The notes: a model not told the origin generated them from the sequence alone. 64,000 nt of DNA from an uncultured Bacillota bacterium (GCA_963804645.1 CAWDRG010000009.1:320001-384000), one strand, 5' to 3'; shown: positions 30,704 to 43,292, numbered from the stretch's first letter. Numbers and translations: made by a program.

Positions 30704-31158
30704 GTAGCATCATGGTTTGGGATCCGTTCAATGAGGTCATGACCCTGCGGCGCTCGATGGAGCGCCTGATCGAAGATGTCGTCACGCCGGGGCCCGCAGC
30801 CACGGCGCGCGACGGCAACGGACTCGCCGTGTGGGCACCCGCGGTCGAGATGTACGAGACCGACAGCGAGGTGATCGTGCGGGCAGAGCTGCCCAACATC
30901 GACCCCGCGCAGGTCGACATCACCGTCGCGCACGACGCGGTCACCCTGAAGGGTGAGACCAAGCGCGAGACCGAGCAGAAGGGCCGGAACTACTACCGGC
31001 GCGAGCTTCGGTACGGCACGTTCACGCGGACGCTGCCGCTGGCCACCGAGGTGAACAACGCGGACGCGCAGGCGACCTATAAGGACGGGGTGCTGGAGAT
31101 CAAGATTCCGAAGTCGGAGCGGATGAAGCCGACGTCGGTGAAGGTGCAAGCCAGCTAA
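30700..31158 (+). CDS. Hsp20/alpha-crystallin small heat shock protein
   Basis: WDPF, 'P.VEMYET', 'YG.F.R...L', 'A.YKDGVLEI.IPK'. Confidence 0.95.
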   Translation: MSSIMVWDPFNEVMTLRRSMERLIEDVVTPGPAATARDGNGLAVWAPAVEMYETDSEVIVRAELPNIDPAQVDITVAHDAVTLKGETKRETEQKGRNYYRRELRYGTFTRTLPLATEVNNADAQATYKDGVLEIKIPKSERMKPTSVKVQAS

Positions 31159-31242
31159 CGAAGGTGTGCCGGCGCCCGGCCGCGGGTCGGGCGCCGGCCG
31201 ATACCCACACGCGGCGCGAGGCGCCGCCGGGAGGAGTTCGGT

Positions 31243-33168
31243 ATGGCAAAAGTAGTGGGCATAGATCTCGGTACGACGAACTCGGTGATTGCGGTGATGA
31301 TCGGCGGCGAGCCGACCGTCATCCCCAACGCCGAAGGAAGCCGGCTCACGCCGTCCGTCGTCGGCTTCACGAAGACGGGAGAGCGGCTGGTCGGCCAGAT
31401 GGCCCGGCGGCAGGGAATCCTCAACCCCGAGAACACCGTGTACTCGATCAAGCGCTTCATGGGCCGACGCTTCAGCGAGGTGGCGGCGGAGCGCGCGATC
31501 GTGCCGTATAAGGTGGAAGAGGGCAAGAACGGCGCCGCGGTCGTCAGCATCCCAGCGGCGGGCAAGACCTTCACGCCGGAAGAGATCTCGGCGATGATCC
31601 TCCAGAAGCTCAAGACCGACGCCGAAGCCTACCTGGGCGAGAAGGTCGACCAGGCGGTGATCACGGTCCCCGCGTACTTCAACGATGCGCAGCGCACGGC
31701 GACGCGCACCGCGGGCGAGATCGCGGGCCTGAAAGTCCTGCGGATCATCAACGAGCCGACGGCGTCCGCCCTCGCGTACGGCCGGCAGCTCGAGCAGAAG
31801 CATGCCAAGACGATCCTGGTCTTCGACCTCGGCGGCGGCACGTTCGACGTCTCGATCCTGGAGATCGGCGAGGGCGTCTACGAGGTGAAGTCGACGAACG
31901 GGGACACGCACCTCGGCGGCGATGACTTCGACGAGCGGATCGTCAACTGGCTGGCCGACGAGTTCAAGAAGCAGCAGGGCATCGACCTGCGGGCGGACCG
32001 CCAGGCGCTGCAGCGGCTGCGTGAAGCGGCGGAGCGCGCGAAGATCGAGCTCAGCACGGTGGTGCAGACGTCGATCAACCTGCCGTTCATCACGGCGGAT
32101 GCGACCGGCCCCAAGCACCTCGACATGGTGCTCAGCCGGGCGAAGTTCGACGAGCTGACCGCGGATCTCGTGGAGCGGTGCATCGGGCCGTTCAAGCAGG
32201 CGCTGAGCGACGCGAAGCTCACCGAGAAGGATCTCAACGAGGTCATCCTCGTCGGAGGCTCGACGCGGATGCCGAGCGTACAGGAGCTCGTCCGGCGCCT
32301 GACCGGCCGCGAGCCGAACAAAGAGGTGCATCCGGACGAGGTCGTGGCGATCGGCGCGGCGATCCAGGCGGGCGTGCTCGCCGGCGACGTGCGGGAGGTC
32401 GTGCTGCTTGACGTCACCCCGCTGTCTCTCGGCATCGAGACGCTCGGCGGGGTCGACACGGTCCTGATCTCGCGGAACACGACGATTCCGACCCGCAAGA
32501 CGGAGACGTTCAGCACCGCGGAGGACGGGCAGACGGCCGTGGATATCCACGTGCTCCAGGGCGAGCGCCCGATGGCCCGGGACAACCGGACCCTCGGAAA
32601 GTTCCAGCTCACCGGGATCCCGGCGGCCCCGAGGGGGATTCCGCAGGTCGAGGTCACGTTCGACATCGACGCCAACGGAATCCTGAACGTGTCCGCGAAG
32701 GACAAGGCGACGAACCGGGAGCAGTCGATCAAGATTACCGGCACCGGCACCCTGGATAAGGGTGAGGTGGACCGCCTGGTGAAAGAGGCCGAGGCGCACG
32801 CCACGGAGGACCAGACGATCCGCGACGCCGCGGAGATCAAGAACCAAGGCGACAGCCTCGCGTACCAGACCGAGCGGATGCTCAAGGAAGTCGGCGACAA
32901 GGTGTCCGCGGAGGATCGGAGCAAGGTCGAAGCCGCGCTCGCCGAAGTCAAGGAGGCCGTGAAGGGCACCGACGGCGCCCGCATCAAGCAGGCGACCGAA
33001 GCCCTCCAGCAGGCCAGCTACAAGCTCGGCGAGGAGATGTACAAGCGGACGACCGCCGGCGCGGGAGCGCAGGCCGGCGCCGCGGGCGCTGCCGGTGGAC
33101 AGCCGAGCGGCGGCAGCGGCGGCGACGATGTCATCGACGCCGAGTTCAAACCGTCCGACAAACCGTAA
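31243..33168 (+). CDS. dnaK: chaperone DnaK
   Basis: [26 protein letters not shown]-terminal IDAEF. Confidence 0.98.
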   Translation: MAKVVGIDLGTTNSVIAVMIGGEPTVIPNAEGSRLTPSVVGFTKTGERLVGQMARRQGILNPENTVYSIKRFMGRRFSEVAAERAIVPYKVEEGKNGAAVVSIPAAGKTFTPEEISAMILQKLKTDAEAYLGEKVDQAVITVPAYFNDAQRTATRTAGEIAGLKVLRIINEPTASALAYGRQLEQKHAKTILVFDLGGGTFDVSILEIGEGVYEVKSTNGDTHLGGDDFDERIVNWLADEFKKQQGIDLRADRQALQRLREAAERAKIELSTVVQTSINLPFITADATGPKHLDMVLSRAKFDELTADLVERCIGPFKQALSDAKLTEKDLNEVILVGGSTRMPSVQELVRRLTGREPNKEVHPDEVVAIGAAIQAGVLAGDVREVVLLDVTPLSLGIETLGGVDTVLISRNTTIPTRKTETFSTAEDGQTAVDIHVLQGERPMARDNRTLGKFQLTGIPAAPRGIPQVEVTFDIDANGILNVSAKDKATNREQSIKITGTGTLDKGEVDRLVKEAEAHATEDQTIRDAAEIKNQGDSLAYQTERMLKEVGDKVSAEDRSKVEAALAEVKEAVKGTDGARIKQATEALQQASYKLGEEMYKRTTAGAGAQAGAAGAAGGQPSGGSGGDDVIDAEFKPSDKP

Positions 33169-33184
33169 TCACCGTACCGGATCC

Positions 33185-33210
33185 GGGGGCCGGCGGGAAC
33201 GCCGGCCCCC
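33185..33210 (+). terminator. GC-rich hairpin between dnaK and grpE
   Basis: GGGGGCCGGCG-GGAA-CGCCGGCCCCC; no U-tract, so it may be an mRNA stabiliser. Confidence 0.55.
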
Positions 33211-33234
33211 AAGAATGATGCTCGACCGATTGAG

Positions 33235-33888
33235 GTGTCGGCAATGACGACAGGACACAGGGGCGGTCATCCCGGGCCCGGCCCCGCGCCGGAGTCCTCC
33301 GGCGAGGGGCCGGCGGACGCCGAAGGGCAGGGACCACAGACCCAAGGGTTGGAGATGCTCTCGATGGACGAACTCAAGGCGAAGGTCGTGGAGGCGCGGG
33401 AGGACGCGCAGCGCAACTGGCAGCACTTCCTCCACTCGGCGGCCGACTTGGAGAACTACAAGAAGCACGCGCTCCGCGAGCGGCAGGACGCGGTCGAGCG
33501 TACGCGCCGCCAGACGCTCAGCGTGGGGCTCGGCGTGGTCGACAATCTGGATCGCGCGGTCTCCTTCGGGGGCGCGCACGAAGACACGAGCAAGGCGCTG
33601 CTGGACGGTCTCCGGATGGCGCAGCGGCAGGCGCTGGATCAGCTCGCGTCCATCGGAGTGCGCCCGATCGACGCGGTCGGCAAGCCGTTCGATCCGCGCC
33701 TGCACGAGGCGGTCGGGGTGGTGCCGCCGCAGTCGGCGAGCCAGCGCCCGGGGACGATCGTCAACGAGGTGCAGCGCGGCTACATGCTGAACGATGACGT
33801 GCTGCGACCGGCGAAGGTCATGGTGGCGGAGGAACGAGGCAGCGGAGAGCGGATGGAAGGGAGCAACGTGGGGCCCGGTTCGGCCTGA
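33235..33888 (+). CDS. grpE: nucleotide exchange factor GrpE
   Basis: [26 protein letters not shown]...VLRPA.V.V. Confidence 0.95.
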   Translation: MSAMTTGHRGGHPGPGPAPESSGEGPADAEGQGPQTQGLEMLSMDELKAKVVEAREDAQRNWQHFLHSAADLENYKKHALRERQDAVERTRRQTLSVGLGVVDNLDRAVSFGGAHEDTSKALLDGLRMAQRQALDQLASIGVRPIDAVGKPFDPRLHEAVGVVPPQSASQRPGTIVNEVQRGYMLNDDVLRPAKVMVAEERGSGERMEGSNVGPGSA

Positions 33889-33910
33889 TCCGCGGGGCCC
33901 GCTCAGGATC

Positions 33911-34911
33911 ATGGAGTTCAAAGACTACTACAAGGTTCTTGGGGTCGAGCGGAGCGCCGACCAGAAGGCAATCAGCCAGGCCTTCCGGAAGCTCGCGCGC
34001 CAGCACCATCCGGACGTGAACCGCGGGAAGCCCCAGGCCGAAGAGCGCTTCAAGGAGATCAACGAGGCGTACCAGGTCCTCAACGATCCCGAGCGGCGTG
34101 CGAAGTATAACCAGGTACTCGACCTCCGTCAGCACGGCGGCGGCTGGGAGGACCTGATGCGGGGCGGAGCCCAGCCCGGCGGGGACGGGACGTTCACCGT
34201 GTACGGGCAGGGAATGAACCCCGAGGACCTCGGCCAGTTCAGCGACTTCTTCCAGCAGCTGTTCAGCGGGTTCGGCGCCGCGGGCTCGGCGGGCAGTACC
34301 AGGACGGGCGGGCGGCGGCGGCGCGGCGGCCGCGGGAGCGCCTCCACCATCGAGGATCTCCTGCGACAGCACGAGGCCGAATCCGCGCCCGCGGGCGCCG
34401 ACGTCGAGGGCCCTGTCGAGATCACGCTCGAGGAAGCCTACCGGGGCACCACCCGATCGGTGACCGTACCGGCGACGGCGGCGCCTCGCGCACGATCGAC
34501 GTGACCATTCCGAAAGGCGTCCGGAGCGGCCAGCGGATCAGGGCCGCCGGCCAGGGGCCCGGCGGCGGAGACCTCTATCTCGTCGTGCAGATTAGCCCCC
34601 ATTCGATCTTTACGCGGCAGGGCGACGACATCGTGTGCGAGGTCGCGATCCCGGCGTGGACCGCGGCGCTCGGCGGCGTGGCCCACGTCCCGACGCTCGG
34701 CGGCCAGATGACCATGACGATCCCCGCCGGCTCGCGCGACGGACGGACGTTCCGGCTGCGCGGCCAGGGGATGCCCCACGTCCGCGGGGAGGCCGCCGGA
34801 GACGAGCTCGTCAAGATACGGCTCGCGCTGCCCGACCCGCTGACCGCGCGCGACCGGGAGCTGTTCGAGGAGATGCGCAAACTGCACGAAGGCACGAACA
34901 CGACAACCTAA
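33911..34911 (+). pseudogene. dnaJ: DnaJ/CbpA-type co-chaperone (no Zn finger), frameshifted near 34470
   Basis: J domain (DYY..LGV, HPD) lies in one frame and the C-terminal domain (VTIPKGV..GQ.IR..GQG, GDLYL) in another. Confidence 0.85.
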
Positions 34912-34929
34912 AACAAAAGGACGACGACC

Positions 34930-37539
34930 ATGGCGACACGATTTGATCGATTCACCGAAAAAGCGCAGGAGGCGCTGATCGCAGCGCAGACGCTCGGCCG
35001 GGACGCCCAGCACGCGCAGATCGACACGGACCACCTCCTGCTCGCACTGCTGGAGCCGCAGGACGGGATTCCCGCCGCGGTCTTGGGCCGCATGGGAGTC
35101 AACGTGGGAGCGCTCCGGGCAAAGATGGAGCAGGAGCTCGCGCGGCGTCCCAACGTCCAGGGCGGAGCGGACCCGGGCATCGGGCCGGATCTCCGGCGGG
35201 CCCTTGAGGTCGCGCAGGCGGAGGCGCAGCGCCTCAAGGACGAGTACGTCAGCACGGAACATCTATTGCTCGGCATCGCCGCGGACACGAACAGCGCGGC
35301 GGGACGGGCGCTGCGCGAGGCCGGCGTGGACCGGGAGAAGATCTACACGGCGCTCCAGCAGGTCCGGGGCGGACAGCGCGTCACCGACGCGAGCCCGGAG
35401 TCGAAGTATCAGGCGCTCGAGCGGTACGGACGCGACCTGACGAAGATGGCCCGCGAGGGCAAGCTCGACCCCGTGATCGGCCGCGACGAGGAGATCCGCC
35501 GCGTGGTGCAGGTCCTGGCCCGCCGGACGAAAAACAACCCCGTCCTCATCGGCGATCCGGGGGTCGGCAAGACGGCGATCGTCGAGGGCCTCGCCCAGCG
35601 CATCGTCCGGGGCGACGTTCCGGAGACCCTCAAGCACAAGCGCGTGATCCAGCTCGACCTCGGCGCCATGATCGCGGGCGCGAAGTATCGGGGTGAGTTC
35701 GAGGACCGGCTGAAGGCGGTCCTGCGCGAGGTCACGGAGTCGGCGGGAGAGATCATCCTCTTCATCGACGAGCTGCACACCGTCGTCGGCGCCGGCGCGG
35801 CCGAGGGCGCCATGGACGCGAGCAACATGCTGAAGCCGATGCTCGCCCGCGGCGAGCTGCACACGATCGGCGCGACGACGCTCGACGAGTACCGGAAACA
35901 CATCGAGAAGGACCCGGCGCTCGAGCGGCGGTTCCAGCCGGTGCTCGTCGGCGAGCCCTCGGTCGAGGAGACGATCTCGATCCTGCGGGGATTGAAGGAG
36001 AAGTACGAGGTGCACCACGGGGTGCGCATCACGGACAGCGCGGTGATCGCCGCGGCCACGCTCTCCGACCGGTACATCAGCGACCGGTTCCTGCCGGACA
36101 AGGCGATCGACCTGATCGATGAGGCGGCGAGCCGGCTGCGGATGGAGATCGACAGCAAGCCCGCGGCGCTCGACGAGGCCGATCGCAAGGTGATGCAGCT
36201 CGAGATCGAGCGCGCGGCGCTGCGCAAGGAGACCGACCCAGCGGCGCGGGAGCGGCTCGAGCGCATCGAGCGCGAGATCGCGGAGCTGCAGGAGCAGAGC
36301 CGCGCACTGCGCACGCGCTGGGAGCGGGAGAAGGCCGCGATCGCCGAGCTCAGGTCGACGAAGGCCAAGATCGACGAAGTGCGGGTCCAGATCGAGCAGG
36401 CCGAGCACGCCCAGAACCTGGAACTGGCCGCGCGGCTGCGCTACGGCACCCTCCGGGAGCTGGAGCAGCAGCTCAAGGAGAAGGAGCAGGCGTTGGCGGC
36501 CCTCGGGGACAGCCGCCTCTTAAAGGAAGAGGTCGGCCCCGAGGACGTGGCCGACGTCGTGGCGCGGTGGACCGGCATCCCGGTGACGCGCCTGATGGAA
36601 GGTGAAATGGCCAAGCTGCTTCAGCTTGAGGACCGCCTCCACGCCCGGGTCGTGGGGCAGGAGGACGCGGTGCGCGCCGTATCCGACGCGATCCGGCGGT
36701 CGCGCGCGGGGCTGTCGGACCCGAAGCGCCCGGTCGGCTCGTTCCTGTTCCTCGGCCCGACCGGCGTGGGCAAGACCGAGCTCGCCCGCGCGCTGGCCGC
36801 GCTCCTGTTCGACGACGAGGATGCGATGGTGCGCATCGACATGTCCGAGTACATGGAGAAGCACGCGGTGAGCCGCCTGATCGGGGCGCCGCCGGGGTAC
36901 GTCGGCTACGACGAGGGCGGCCAGCTCACCGAGGCCGTGCGGCGCCGGCCGTACCGGGTGATCCTGTTCGACGAGATCGAGAAGGCGCACCCGGACGTGT
37001 TCAACATCCTCCTGCAGATCCTGGAGGACGGGCGCCTCACGGACGGGCACGGCCGGACGGTAGATTTCCGGCACGCGATTATTATCATGACAAGCAACCT
37101 GGGAAGCCAGTATCTGAGAAACCTGGATCCCGACGACCAGCCCTCGTTCGAGCTGGTCCGCGTGCAGATTCAGGAGGAGCTGCGGCGCACGCTGCGTCCG
37201 GAGTTCCTGAACCGGATCGACGAGGTGATCGTATTCCATCCGCTGACCAAGACGAACCTGGAGGCGATCGTCGACCTGCAGATGCAGACGCTGGTCTCGC
37301 GCCTCGGCGGCCTCAAGATCCGGCTCGAGGTGACGTCCGCGGCGAAGGCGCTGCTGGCCCGCGAAGGCTACAGCCCCGACTTCGGCGCCCGGCCGCTCAG
37401 GCGGCTGATCCAGCGCGTCGTGGAGAACCCGCTGAGCCGGGGGCTGCTCTCCGGCGAGTTCCGCGAGGGCGACAGCGTCGTGGTCGACGCCCAAGGCGGC
37501 GAGATCACTCTCAAGAAGGCGGCGCCGGCGAGGGTCTAA
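34930..37539 (+). CDS. clpB: disaggregase ClpB
   Basis: Two AAA+ modules ([16 protein letters not shown]), long coiled-coil M domain. Confidence 0.97.
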   Translation: MATRFDRFTEKAQEALIAAQTLGRDAQHAQIDTDHLLLALLEPQDGIPAAVLGRMGVNVGALRAKMEQELARRPNVQGGADPGIGPDLRRALEVAQAEAQRLKDEYVSTEHLLLGIAADTNSAAGRALREAGVDREKIYTALQQVRGGQRVTDASPESKYQALERYGRDLTKMAREGKLDPVIGRDEEIRRVVQVLARRTKNNPVLIGDPGVGKTAIVEGLAQRIVRGDVPETLKHKRVIQLDLGAMIAGAKYRGEFEDRLKAVLREVTESAGEIILFIDELHTVVGAGAAEGAMDASNMLKPMLARGELHTIGATTLDEYRKHIEKDPALERRFQPVLVGEPSVEETISILRGLKEKYEVHHGVRITDSAVIAAATLSDRYISDRFLPDKAIDLIDEAASRLRMEIDSKPAALDEADRKVMQLEIERAALRKETDPAARERLERIEREIAELQEQSRALRTRWEREKAAIAELRSTKAKIDEVRVQIEQAEHAQNLELAARLRYGTLRELEQQLKEKEQALAALGDSRLLKEEVGPEDVADVVARWTGIPVTRLMEGEMAKLLQLEDRLHARVVGQEDAVRAVSDAIRRSRAGLSDPKRPVGSFLFLGPTGVGKTELARALAALLFDDEDAMVRIDMSEYMEKHAVSRLIGAPPGYVGYDEGGQLTEAVRRRPYRVILFDEIEKAHPDVFNILLQILEDGRLTDGHGRTVDFRHAIIIMTSNLGSQYLRNLDPDDQPSFELVRVQIQEELRRTLRPEFLNRIDEVIVFHPLTKTNLEAIVDLQMQTLVSRLGGLKIRLEVTSAAKALLAREGYSPDFGARPLRRLIQRVVENPLSRGLLSGEFREGDSVVVDAQGGEITLKKAAPARV

Positions 37540-37563
37540 CACCGGCCGGGCGCACGCGAGATT

Positions 37564-37599
37564 CGGCACGCCCCCTGCCGCGCGGCAGGGGGCGTGCCG
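37564..37599 (+). terminator. long hairpin after clpB
   Basis: CGGCACGCCCCCTGCCG..CGGCAGGGGGCGTGCCG perfect inverted repeat. Confidence 0.65.
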
Positions 37600-37615
37600 C
37601 GTCCAGGGGAACTGT

Positions 37616-39133
37616 GTGCCAGCACGATCACAGGAGGGACCGGCCATTCTGGAGCTGATCGTCTTCATCAGCGGCGGCGTCCTGCTCGCGCTCGAGATCG
37701 TCGCGAGCCGGGTCGTGGCGCCGTACTTCGGCAACTCCGTCTACGTATGGGGGAGCCTGATCGGCGTCTTCCTGGCGGCGCTCAGCCTCGGCTACTTCCT
37801 CGGGGGCCGCATCGCCACCCGGTGGCCGTCGTGGGGCCCGTTCCTCGCGTTCGTCCTCGCGGCGGGCGCATGCATCTACCCGATTCCGCACGTGGCAAGC
37901 GGCGTGCTGGGCGCGATCGCGGACCGGGACTACGGCCCGCGTGCCAATCCCCTGATCGGCGCCACGGTGCTGTTCTTCCTCCCGAGCGTGCTGCTCGGCA
38001 CGATCTCACCCTACGCGGTGCGCCTCCGCGCACGCTCGGTCGAAGGCATCGGGAGCGTCGCGGGCGCCCTCTACGCGCTCAGCACGCTCGGCAGCATCGT
38101 CGGGACGCTGCTCGCCGCGTTTGTCCTGATCTCGTCAGTCGGGGTGCATTCGATCATTCAGATCCTGGGCGGCACGGAGATGGGCCTCGCCGTCATCGGC
38201 TTTCTGTGGATGCGGCGGATGCGCGGGGCCGCCGCCGCCGCGGCCGTCATCGCGATCGTGCTCGCGGCCGGGACGAGCGTGCCCCCGGACGGCCCGGGGG
38301 TGGTCTACGCCCGCGACACGGTGTACCATCGCATCTCCGTGACGGACGACGGCGACTACCGGTATCTCAGGCTCGATCAGTATTGGCAGAGTGGCCGCGA
38401 CCTGACGGCTCCGCTCCGCACCGTGTTCCCGTACACCGACTACCTGCACCTCGCGACGCTCTTCGCTCCGCCCCTCCGGCACGTGCTGTTCGTCGGCTTG
38501 GGGGGCGGCACGGTCCAGAGCCGGTTTTTCCACGACTATCCCAACGCGCAGATCGACGTGGTGGAGATCGACCCCGCGGTCGTCGACACGGCGCGCCGCT
38601 ACTTCGCGCTGCCGAGCTCGCCTCGGCTCGCGGTACATGTCCAGGACGGCCGGCTGTGGATCCGCCGCACGCCCGAGCGGTACGATCTCATCGTGCTGGA
38701 CGCGTACCTCATCGACACGATCCCATTCCATCTGGCGACGCGCGAGTTCTACGAAAACGCCGCCGCGCACCTCACCCCCGGCGGCGTCGTCGAGAGCAAC
38801 GTCATCGGCGCCACGCTCGGTCCCGAGAGCCGGCTGTTCCGGGCGTTCTACAAGACGTTTCGATCGGTGTTCCCGGCGGTGTACGTGTTTCCCGTCGACG
38901 GCGCGTCACAGTCCCTCCAGAACATCATCATGATCGGCGGAGCCCGTCCCGAACTCTCCCCCGCGGAGGTCCGCGCCCGGGCCGACCGCGCCGCGGCCCA
39001 AGGCCGTGTCCACATCGACGGGTTCGTCCGCGACGCCGGCGAGCTGTACACCGGATCGATCGAGACGCGGGACATACCGCTCCTGACCGACGACTACGCG
39101 CCGACCGACGCGCTGCTCGCCTCGGAGCGGTGA
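37616..39133 (+). CDS. fused membrane domain / spermidine synthase-like methyltransferase
   Basis: 'E....R...PYFG.S.YVW', 'STLGSIVG', SAM motif GLGGG, VEIDP, LTDDYAP; start codon uncertain. Confidence 0.88.
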   Translation: MPARSQEGPAILELIVFISGGVLLALEIVASRVVAPYFGNSVYVWGSLIGVFLAALSLGYFLGGRIATRWPSWGPFLAFVLAAGACIYPIPHVASGVLGAIADRDYGPRANPLIGATVLFFLPSVLLGTISPYAVRLRARSVEGIGSVAGALYALSTLGSIVGTLLAAFVLISSVGVHSIIQILGGTEMGLAVIGFLWMRRMRGAAAAAAVIAIVLAAGTSVPPDGPGVVYARDTVYHRISVTDDGDYRYLRLDQYWQSGRDLTAPLRTVFPYTDYLHLATLFAPPLRHVLFVGLGGGTVQSRFFHDYPNAQIDVVEIDPAVVDTARRYFALPSSPRLAVHVQDGRLWIRRTPERYDLIVLDAYLIDTIPFHLATREFYENAAAHLTPGGVVESNVIGATLGPESRLFRAFYKTFRSVFPAVYVFPVDGASQSLQNIIMIGGARPELSPAEVRARADRAAAQGRVHIDGFVRDAGELYTGSIETRDIPLLTDDYAPTDALLASER

Positions 39134-39137
39134 CGCG

Positions 39138-39395
39138 GTGCCGGTGCTCAAGCTCGCGCTCGGCGACGTCGTGCGCACCCGCAAGCCCCATCCCTGCGGC
39201 AGCGACTCGTGGGAGATCGTGCGGCTCGGCGCGGACATCGGCCTGCGCTGCACGGGCTGCGGACGGCACGTGCTGATGCCGCGCGTGAAGCTGGAGCGGC
39301 GCATCAAGGAGTTTCTGACGCGGGGTCCCGGCGCGGCGCCGGCCCCGGCCGAAGGGCGGGGGTCCCCCGGGGAATCACCCCCCGGCGAAACGTGA
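39138..39395 (+). CDS. DUF951 family protein
   Basis: GDVV..RKPHPCG...WEI.R.GADI...C.GCG. Confidence 0.9.
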   Translation: MPVLKLALGDVVRTRKPHPCGSDSWEIVRLGADIGLRCTGCGRHVLMPRVKLERRIKEFLTRGPGAAPAPAEGRGSPGESPPGET

Positions 39396-39496
39396 TACAA
39401 TGACCGAAATTCCGCACACGGGGCATACCACGGTGGGGGGGCGCGAGCATTGGTGCGCCCACCGGCGCGGGATCTAAAAAACGCCCGGGAGTTCGC

Positions 39497-42400
39497 ATGA
39501 CGAATCGGCTCCACCAGCGTTGGGAGTGGCTCGCCACGTTTGGGCCGCCGATCGGGGCGGTCATCGCGCTCGTCGTGCTCAGCCGCACGCTCGAGGTAGT
39601 GTACCCTCCCATCTCTCCGGAGCCGCCGGGCGGCAGCCTGCCCCACTTGCTCGCGTGGTTCATCAGCCTACCGCACTATCTGGGACTGTTTTTTACGCTG
39701 CCCGACCTCCTGGTGCTGTTCATCATCCTGGCCACGGCCGCCGAGTTTTGCCAGATCTCGCTCACCCACGGCGGCGCCACGACCTTTGGCCCGTGCATCA
39801 CGATTCCCGCGATCGTCATCATCGGCCCCGTCCCGGCGGCGGTCGTGGGCATGTTCGCTATGGCGCTCGGGAACGGCCTCTTCCGACGTCGGCCGATCAA
39901 GACCAGCATCTTCAACGTCGGGCAGCGTACGGTGTCGCTCCTGCTCGCCGGCGCGGCGTGGACGCTGCTGCTGCCGAACCATCCGGGGTTCGGGTATCCG
40001 AGCGTGGACCTCCTCGGGGACAATTTCATCATCATCCCGGTCCTCGGGATGCTCGTCGTGTACGCGCTCGCCACCGCGCTCCAGGTCAACCTGTGGCTGT
40101 CGGCGATCCGCCGGGAGCGGTTCGCCACCGTGTTCTGGGCCAACGCGGCGTGGCAGTTCCCGATCAGCACCACGTTCGGGGCGTCAGGACTCGCGGTGGC
40201 GCTGTTCCTGGCGGGGCGCCCGGCGACTCCGGTCGTGCCGTTCGTGATCGCGAGCTTCCCGCTCCTCGTGTTGACGGCGCGGCGGCAGGCGCTGCTGGAG
40301 GCCGAGAAGATCCACCGCGCGGTCAGCGACGTCCTGAAGACCCTGAATCTCGACGATCTGCTCGTCAAGCTCGGCGAGGAGGTCCGCCGCCTCGCCAACC
40401 CCGATGTCGTCTGCATCCTGCTGCAGGAGCCGGACGGCAGCAGCCGGGTCGGATTGATCAAGGGCGCCGAGCCGGCCGCCGTCGAGGCGCTGTGGACCGG
40501 AGACGGCAGCAGCCCGGTGGCGCAGGCCGCCGCCAGCGGCCAGACCGTGCGCATCGCCGACTACGCCAAATACGTGCGCCGGCGTCCCAAGGACCAGCGG
40601 CACTCCGCGCCCGCCTCGGTGTGCTCGGTGATCATCGCGCCGCTGTTCGCCGGCGAGACGCTGCTCGGGACGCTGATCGTCACCAAGGCCGTCCCGGGGT
40701 ACTTCACGGCATACCAGGAGCGCGTGGTCACGACGCTGGCCGCGCAGGGCGCGCTCGCCATCCACAACGCCCGCCTCTACCTGGCCTCGCAGCGCAACCT
40801 GGCGCGGGTGGCCGCGCTCCAGCAGGTCGCGCGGGCCGCCGTCGGCGGCGACCAGCTGCACGCGGTCGAGCAGACCATGGTCGACAGCGCCGTCGGGACC
40901 CTCGGGGCGAGCTGTGGCGTCGTCGCGCTCTACGACGCGGAAGCCGAGGCGCTCACCGGCGTCGCATTCCACAACGTGCCCCCCGAGGAAGTGGCCGGGT
41001 GGCGCGCGTCGGGCGCGCCGACGCTGTGGCAGGCGCGCCATGCGCAGGCGGCGCTGCGCCAGATGGGTCCGGTGGTGGTCGATGACCGCCGGGCGTCCGC
41101 GGACAACGGGTCCGCCGCCGCTCCCGGCCAGCCGATCGCGCTGGTGGCGGTACCCATGTCGTTCCAGGGACGGCCGATCGGCACCGTCGCCATCGGCCGC
41201 TCGGAGCCGCACCACTGGACCCCTGAAGAGATCGAACTGCTGCAGGCGCTCGCGAACGAAGGCGCCGTGACGATCGAGAGCGCCCGGCTCTCCCACGCCA
41301 CCGCGCGCCAGCTGCAGCAGATGCGCGCCCTGGAGCAGATCTCCGAGCGGATCAACACGGAGCACGACCTCGACGCGATCTTCAAACTGATCGAAGAGAG
41401 CGCGCACGACGTCCTTGGCGTCCACCGCTGCGTGATTTACCTCATCGACGGCGACGGCGGCACCACCATGCAGACCTACGGCAACGGCGTCCCCGACGAG
41501 TACCTGAAACTGCTCCACGCCCGCATCCGGCAGGGGGTCTCGATCGCCAACCGGGCGATGGACGAGCGCGAACCGGTGATCATCACCGACGCCCTCCAGG
41601 ACCCGAGAATTCCTCCGGAACTCCAGCGCTACGGCTTCCGCACGATCGCCACGTTCCCGCTGTCGTTTCACGACACCGCGATCGGGCTGCTCGCGTTCTA
41701 TCACGACACGGTGCACCGGTACACCGCAGGGGACGTGATGCTGGGCGGGGCGTTCGCCAACCAGGCGGCGATCGCCGTGCAGAACGCGCGCCTGCTGCAG
41801 GCGGCGGAGGCGCGCGCGCACCAGCTCGGACTGCTCCACCGGACGGTCACGCGCGTCGGCGCGTCGCTCAAGCCGGAAGAACTGTGCGAGACGCTCGTCG
41901 ACGAGCTGCACACGGCGCTCGGCTACCCTTTCGCGGCGATCTACCTGGTGCGCGACGACCGCATGGTCGTGATGTCCCACCGCGGGTACTCGCGCATCCC
42001 CAACGGGGACGAGGTCCTCAACGGCGTGATCGGCCGGACGATGAAAACAGGGCAGGCGCAGCTTGTCGAGGACGTCGCGCGCGATCCCGACTACGTCGCC
42101 GGCGATCCCGGCATCACCCAGGAGGCGGCGGTCCCGATCCTGCTCGAGGGTCGGGTGATCGGCGTGCTCAACGTCGAAACGGTCGACCCGGTGCTGACGC
42201 GTGCCGATGTCGATCTGCTCACCACCGTCGCGAGCGAGCTGGCCGCGGCATTCCGGAACGCCGAGCTCTTCAGCCAGGCGCAGCAGCGCCGGGACGACCT
42301 GCAGGCCCTGTACGAGATCGCACAGGAGCTCGGCACATCGCTGGAGGTGACCAAGATCGCCGATGCGCTCGCGTCGGCGACGTGCCAGCGCTTCGGCTAT

Positions 42401-43273
42401 GCGTACGGCACCATCCTGCTCATCGATGACGCGCTCGGCGACCTCACGGTCCGCGCGGCGTACGGCGCCCCCGAGCGCGTCGGGCAGCGCATCGCGCTCG
42501 GGCAGGGCGCAGAGGGCCGCGCCGCCCAGACCGGCCGTCCCGAGCTCATCCCTGACGCCTCGATGACGCCGCCGGACGGCACGCAGCGGCAGACCGCGGG
42601 TGCGATTCTCGCCGTGCCGCTGACTTGGGAAGGCCGGGTCGCCGCGGTGTTCAGCGTCGGCTCCACTACGGCCGGCGCGCTCGGCGACCGCGACCGGCAG
42701 CTGCTGACGACCCTCGCGGCGTACGGCGCGGTCGCGATCGAGAACGCCAGGCGATACGAGCAGGCGCGCCATCTCGCGGTCACCGACGGTCTGACCGGCC
42801 TGCTCAACCACCGGGCGTTCCGTCAGGCGCTCGAGCACGAGATGGAGCGGGCGAAGCGCTACGGTCTGCCGCTCTCCCTTCTGATGGTCGAGATCGACCG
42901 GTTCAAGCGGTACAACGACGCGTACGGGCATCTCCGCGGGGACGAGGTGCTGCGCAAGATCGCGGGGATCCTCGAGCGTGAACACCGGCGGCAGGTGGAC
43001 ATCGTCGCACGGTACGGCGGCGACGAGTTCATCGTCTGTCTGCCCCATACAACGAAGAAGGCGGCGGCCGAGGTCGCCGAGCGCATCCGCAACGCGGTCG
43101 AATCCACCCCGTTCATCCTCGATGCCGACGTGGCCTCGGTGACGTTGAGCCTCGGCGTGGCCGCGTACCCGGAGGACGGGCACAACGGCAATGAACTGGT
43201 CGATGCGGCGGACCGGAGGATGTACACCGCCAAGCAGGGCGGCGGCAACGCCGTCGTGCTGGCGACTCTTTGA
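39497..43273 (+). CDS. membrane-anchored diguanylate cyclase with five GAF domains
   Basis: N-terminal TM bundle; five repeats ending A.A..NA.L; TDGLTGL.N, RxxD I-site (RQVD), RYGGDEF. Confidence 0.92.
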   Translation: MTNRLHQRWEWLATFGPPIGAVIALVVLSRTLEVVYPPISPEPPGGSLPHLLAWFISLPHYLGLFFTLPDLLVLFIILATAAEFCQISLTHGGATTFGPCITIPAIVIIGPVPAAVVGMFAMALGNGLFRRRPIKTSIFNVGQRTVSLLLAGAAWTLLLPNHPGFGYPSVDLLGDNFIIIPVLGMLVVYALATALQVNLWLSAIRRERFATVFWANAAWQFPISTTFGASGLAVALFLAGRPATPVVPFVIASFPLLVLTARRQALLEAEKIHRAVSDVLKTLNLDDLLVKLGEEVRRLANPDVVCILLQEPDGSSRVGLIKGAEPAAVEALWTGDGSSPVAQAAASGQTVRIADYAKYVRRRPKDQRHSAPASVCSVIIAPLFAGETLLGTLIVTKAVPGYFTAYQERVVTTLAAQGALAIHNARLYLASQRNLARVAALQQVARAAVGGDQLHAVEQTMVDSAVGTLGASCGVVALYDAEAEALTGVAFHNVPPEEVAGWRASGAPTLWQARHAQAALRQMGPVVVDDRRASADNGSAAAPGQPIALVAVPMSFQGRPIGTVAIGRSEPHHWTPEEIELLQALANEGAVTIESARLSHATARQLQQMRALEQISERINTEHDLDAIFKLIEESAHDVLGVHRCVIYLIDGDGGTTMQTYGNGVPDEYLKLLHARIRQGVSIANRAMDEREPVIITDALQDPRIPPELQRYGFRTIATFPLSFHDTAIGLLAFYHDTVHRYTAGDVMLGGAFANQAAIAVQNARLLQAAEARAHQLGLLHRTVTRVGASLKPEELCETLVDELHTALGYPFAAIYLVRDDRMVVMSHRGYSRIPNGDEVLNGVIGRTMKTGQAQLVEDVARDPDYVAGDPGITQEAAVPILLEGRVIGVLNVETVDPVLTRADVDLLTTVASELAAAFRNAELFSQAQQRRDDLQALYEIAQELGTSLEVTKIADALASATCQRFGYAYGTILLIDDALGDLTVRAAYGAPERVGQRIALGQGAEGRAAQTGRPELIPDASMTPPDGTQRQTAGAILAVPLTWEGRVAAVFSVGSTTAGALGDRDRQLLTTLAAYGAVAIENARRYEQARHLAVTDGLTGLLNHRAFRQALEHEMERAKRYGLPLSLLMVEIDRFKRYNDAYGHLRGDEVLRKIAGILEREHRRQVDIVARYGGDEFIVCLPHTTKKAAAEVAERIRNAVESTPFILDADVASVTLSLGVAAYPEDGHNGNELVDAADRRMYTAKQGGGNAVVLATL

Positions 43274-43292
43274 CCGCAGGCACTGACCGCTC

